Shown piece after piece: positions 31,127 to 32,000 of a stretch of DNA of 32,000 nt. Under the pieces are notes generated by a model. The model had not been told where the DNA came from, searched no databases, and worked only from the letters and a program-made list of their open reading frames with translations. Source of the DNA: Thermosulfurimonas dismutans (GTDB lineage Bacteria; Desulfobacterota; Thermodesulfobacteria; Thermodesulfobacteriales; Thermodesulfobacteriaceae); the NCBI RefSeq assembly GCF_001652585.1, contig NZ_LWLG01000018.1:1-32000 (forward strand). The letters are read 5' to 3'. The position numbers were made by a program, and so were the translations under genes. How positions within the stretch are numbered: position 1 is the stretch's first letter; each line of letters begins with the position of its first letter.

Positions 31127-32000
31127 ATGGCGGGATTTCCTTCGGTAAAACCGGCTCGAAGAACGGAAAAGATAGAATATGCGGTAAGAGATATTGTCCT
31201 TACCGCGCAGGAGGCGGCCAGACGCGGACGGGAGCTCTTGTTTTTAAATATTGGTGACCCCATTCAGTACGATTTTGAGACTCCGCGTCCCCTTATCGAG
31301 GCTACTTATCGGGCCATGTGCGAAAACCTTACGGGTTATTCTGCTTCGTCCGGGGTTGACGAGGCCATTGAGGCCATCCGTAACGAGGCTCGACGTCACG
31401 GGTTTGAGCCGGTAGATATTTTTGTTACCACCGGGGCCAGCGAGGCTATAGATTTTGCCCTTACCGCTTTGGTAAACGCCGGCGAGAACGTCTTAGTACC
31501 TTATCCTGGTTATCCTCTTTATACCGCTATTTTGGCCAAGCTCGAGGCTCAACCCAATCCTTACTATCTCAAGGAAGAAGACGGTTGGCAGCCGGACCCT
31601 GAGGAGATAGAGGCCAAGATAAACGAGAATACTAGGGCCATCGTGCTCATAAATCCCAACAATCCCACCGGGGCTGTCTTTTCACGGGAGATTCTCGAGG
31701 CCATTGTGGAGATCGCCCGGCGCCACCATTTGGTGATCCTTTCGGATGAGATCTATGACAAATTGGTTTTCGATGGCCAGAAACACTATTCCATTGCGGC
31801 CTTGGCTCCGGATGTCCCGGTGGTGACTTTTAACGGTCTTTCCAAGTGTTATCTGGCCCCGGGTTTTCGCATCGGCTGGGGCATTGTTTCGGGACCGAAG
31901 GAGGTCGTAGAAGACTACATCGAGGCCATTCACAAGCTCGCTCGAGCCAGGCTTTCCACTAGTCATCCCAAACAATACGCTATTCCGGTAGCCTTGGACG
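31127..32000 (+). CDS. Class I/II pyridoxal-phosphate aminotransferase (alanine/aspartate aminotransferase-like), 3' end outside window
   Basis: Hand translation from ATG 31127 stays open to the window end. Motifs found: LNIGDP, GYSASSG, LINPNNPTGAVF, SDEIYDKLVF and the PLP-lysine motif NGLSKCYLAPGFRIGW. It is absent from the ORF track because no stop lies in the window. Confidence 0.9.
   Translation, partial: MAGFPSVKPARRTEKIEYAVRDIVLTAQEAARRGRELLFLNIGDPIQYDFETPRPLIEATYRAMCENLTGYSASSGVDEAIEAIRNEARRHGFEPVDIFVTTGASEAIDFALTALVNAGENVLVPYPGYPLYTAILAKLEAQPNPYYLKEEDGWQPDPEEIEAKINENTRAIVLINPNNPTGAVFSREILEAIVEIARRHHLVILSDEIYDKLVFDGQKHYSIAALAPDVPVVTFNGLSKCYLAPGFRIGWGIVSGPKEVVEDYIEAIHKLARARLSTSHPKQYAIPVALD

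Overview
This window is mostly core housekeeping DNA. The charge-rich (E/K/R) proteins and the anaerobe-type gene content (HypE, radical SAM enzymes, cytochrome bd, MoaA) suggest a thermophilic anaerobic bacterium, but taxonomy cannot be established from this window alone. The left third carries the conserved cluster rpmG, tRNA-Trp, secE, nusG, rplK, rplA, rplJ, rplL, rpoB and rpoC, which ends in a strong bidirectional terminator. A minus-strand block follows: an AmmeMemoRadiSam-type radical SAM enzyme, hypE, tyrS and dus. Next come a divergent HIT gene and a tightly coupled four-gene minus-strand operon: TIGR00266/AIM24-like, a stand-alone Fe-S hydro-lyase beta-type subunit, a UPF0280/ApbE-like protein and a CDF transporter. 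The right half encodes an orphan MCP, thrC, an Rrf2 regulator followed by cydAB, then rho, rpmE, prfA and an Mth938-like gene. It continues with an AT-richer minus-strand pair (CheY-like receiver plus a shortened HU-like protein), an overlapping Trm112-like/DUF4416/moaA operon, and a 3'-truncated aminotransferase. I saw no rRNA, CRISPR array, transposase/integrase or obvious defence genes. The items most worth follow-up are: (1) a perfect 36-bp palindrome between the Rrf2 gene and the cydA ribosome-binding site; (2) the AIM24-like/beta-only hydro-lyase/UPF0280/CDF operon; (3) the receiver plus armless HU-like pair; (4) the coupling of two partnerless maturation enzymes (radical SAM and HypE); (5) a degenerate CZB-like motif in the MCP sensor domain; (6) the Mth938-like and Trm112-like/DUF4416 genes around prfA and moaA. 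All functional links are inferences from reading the sequence. No database search was run.
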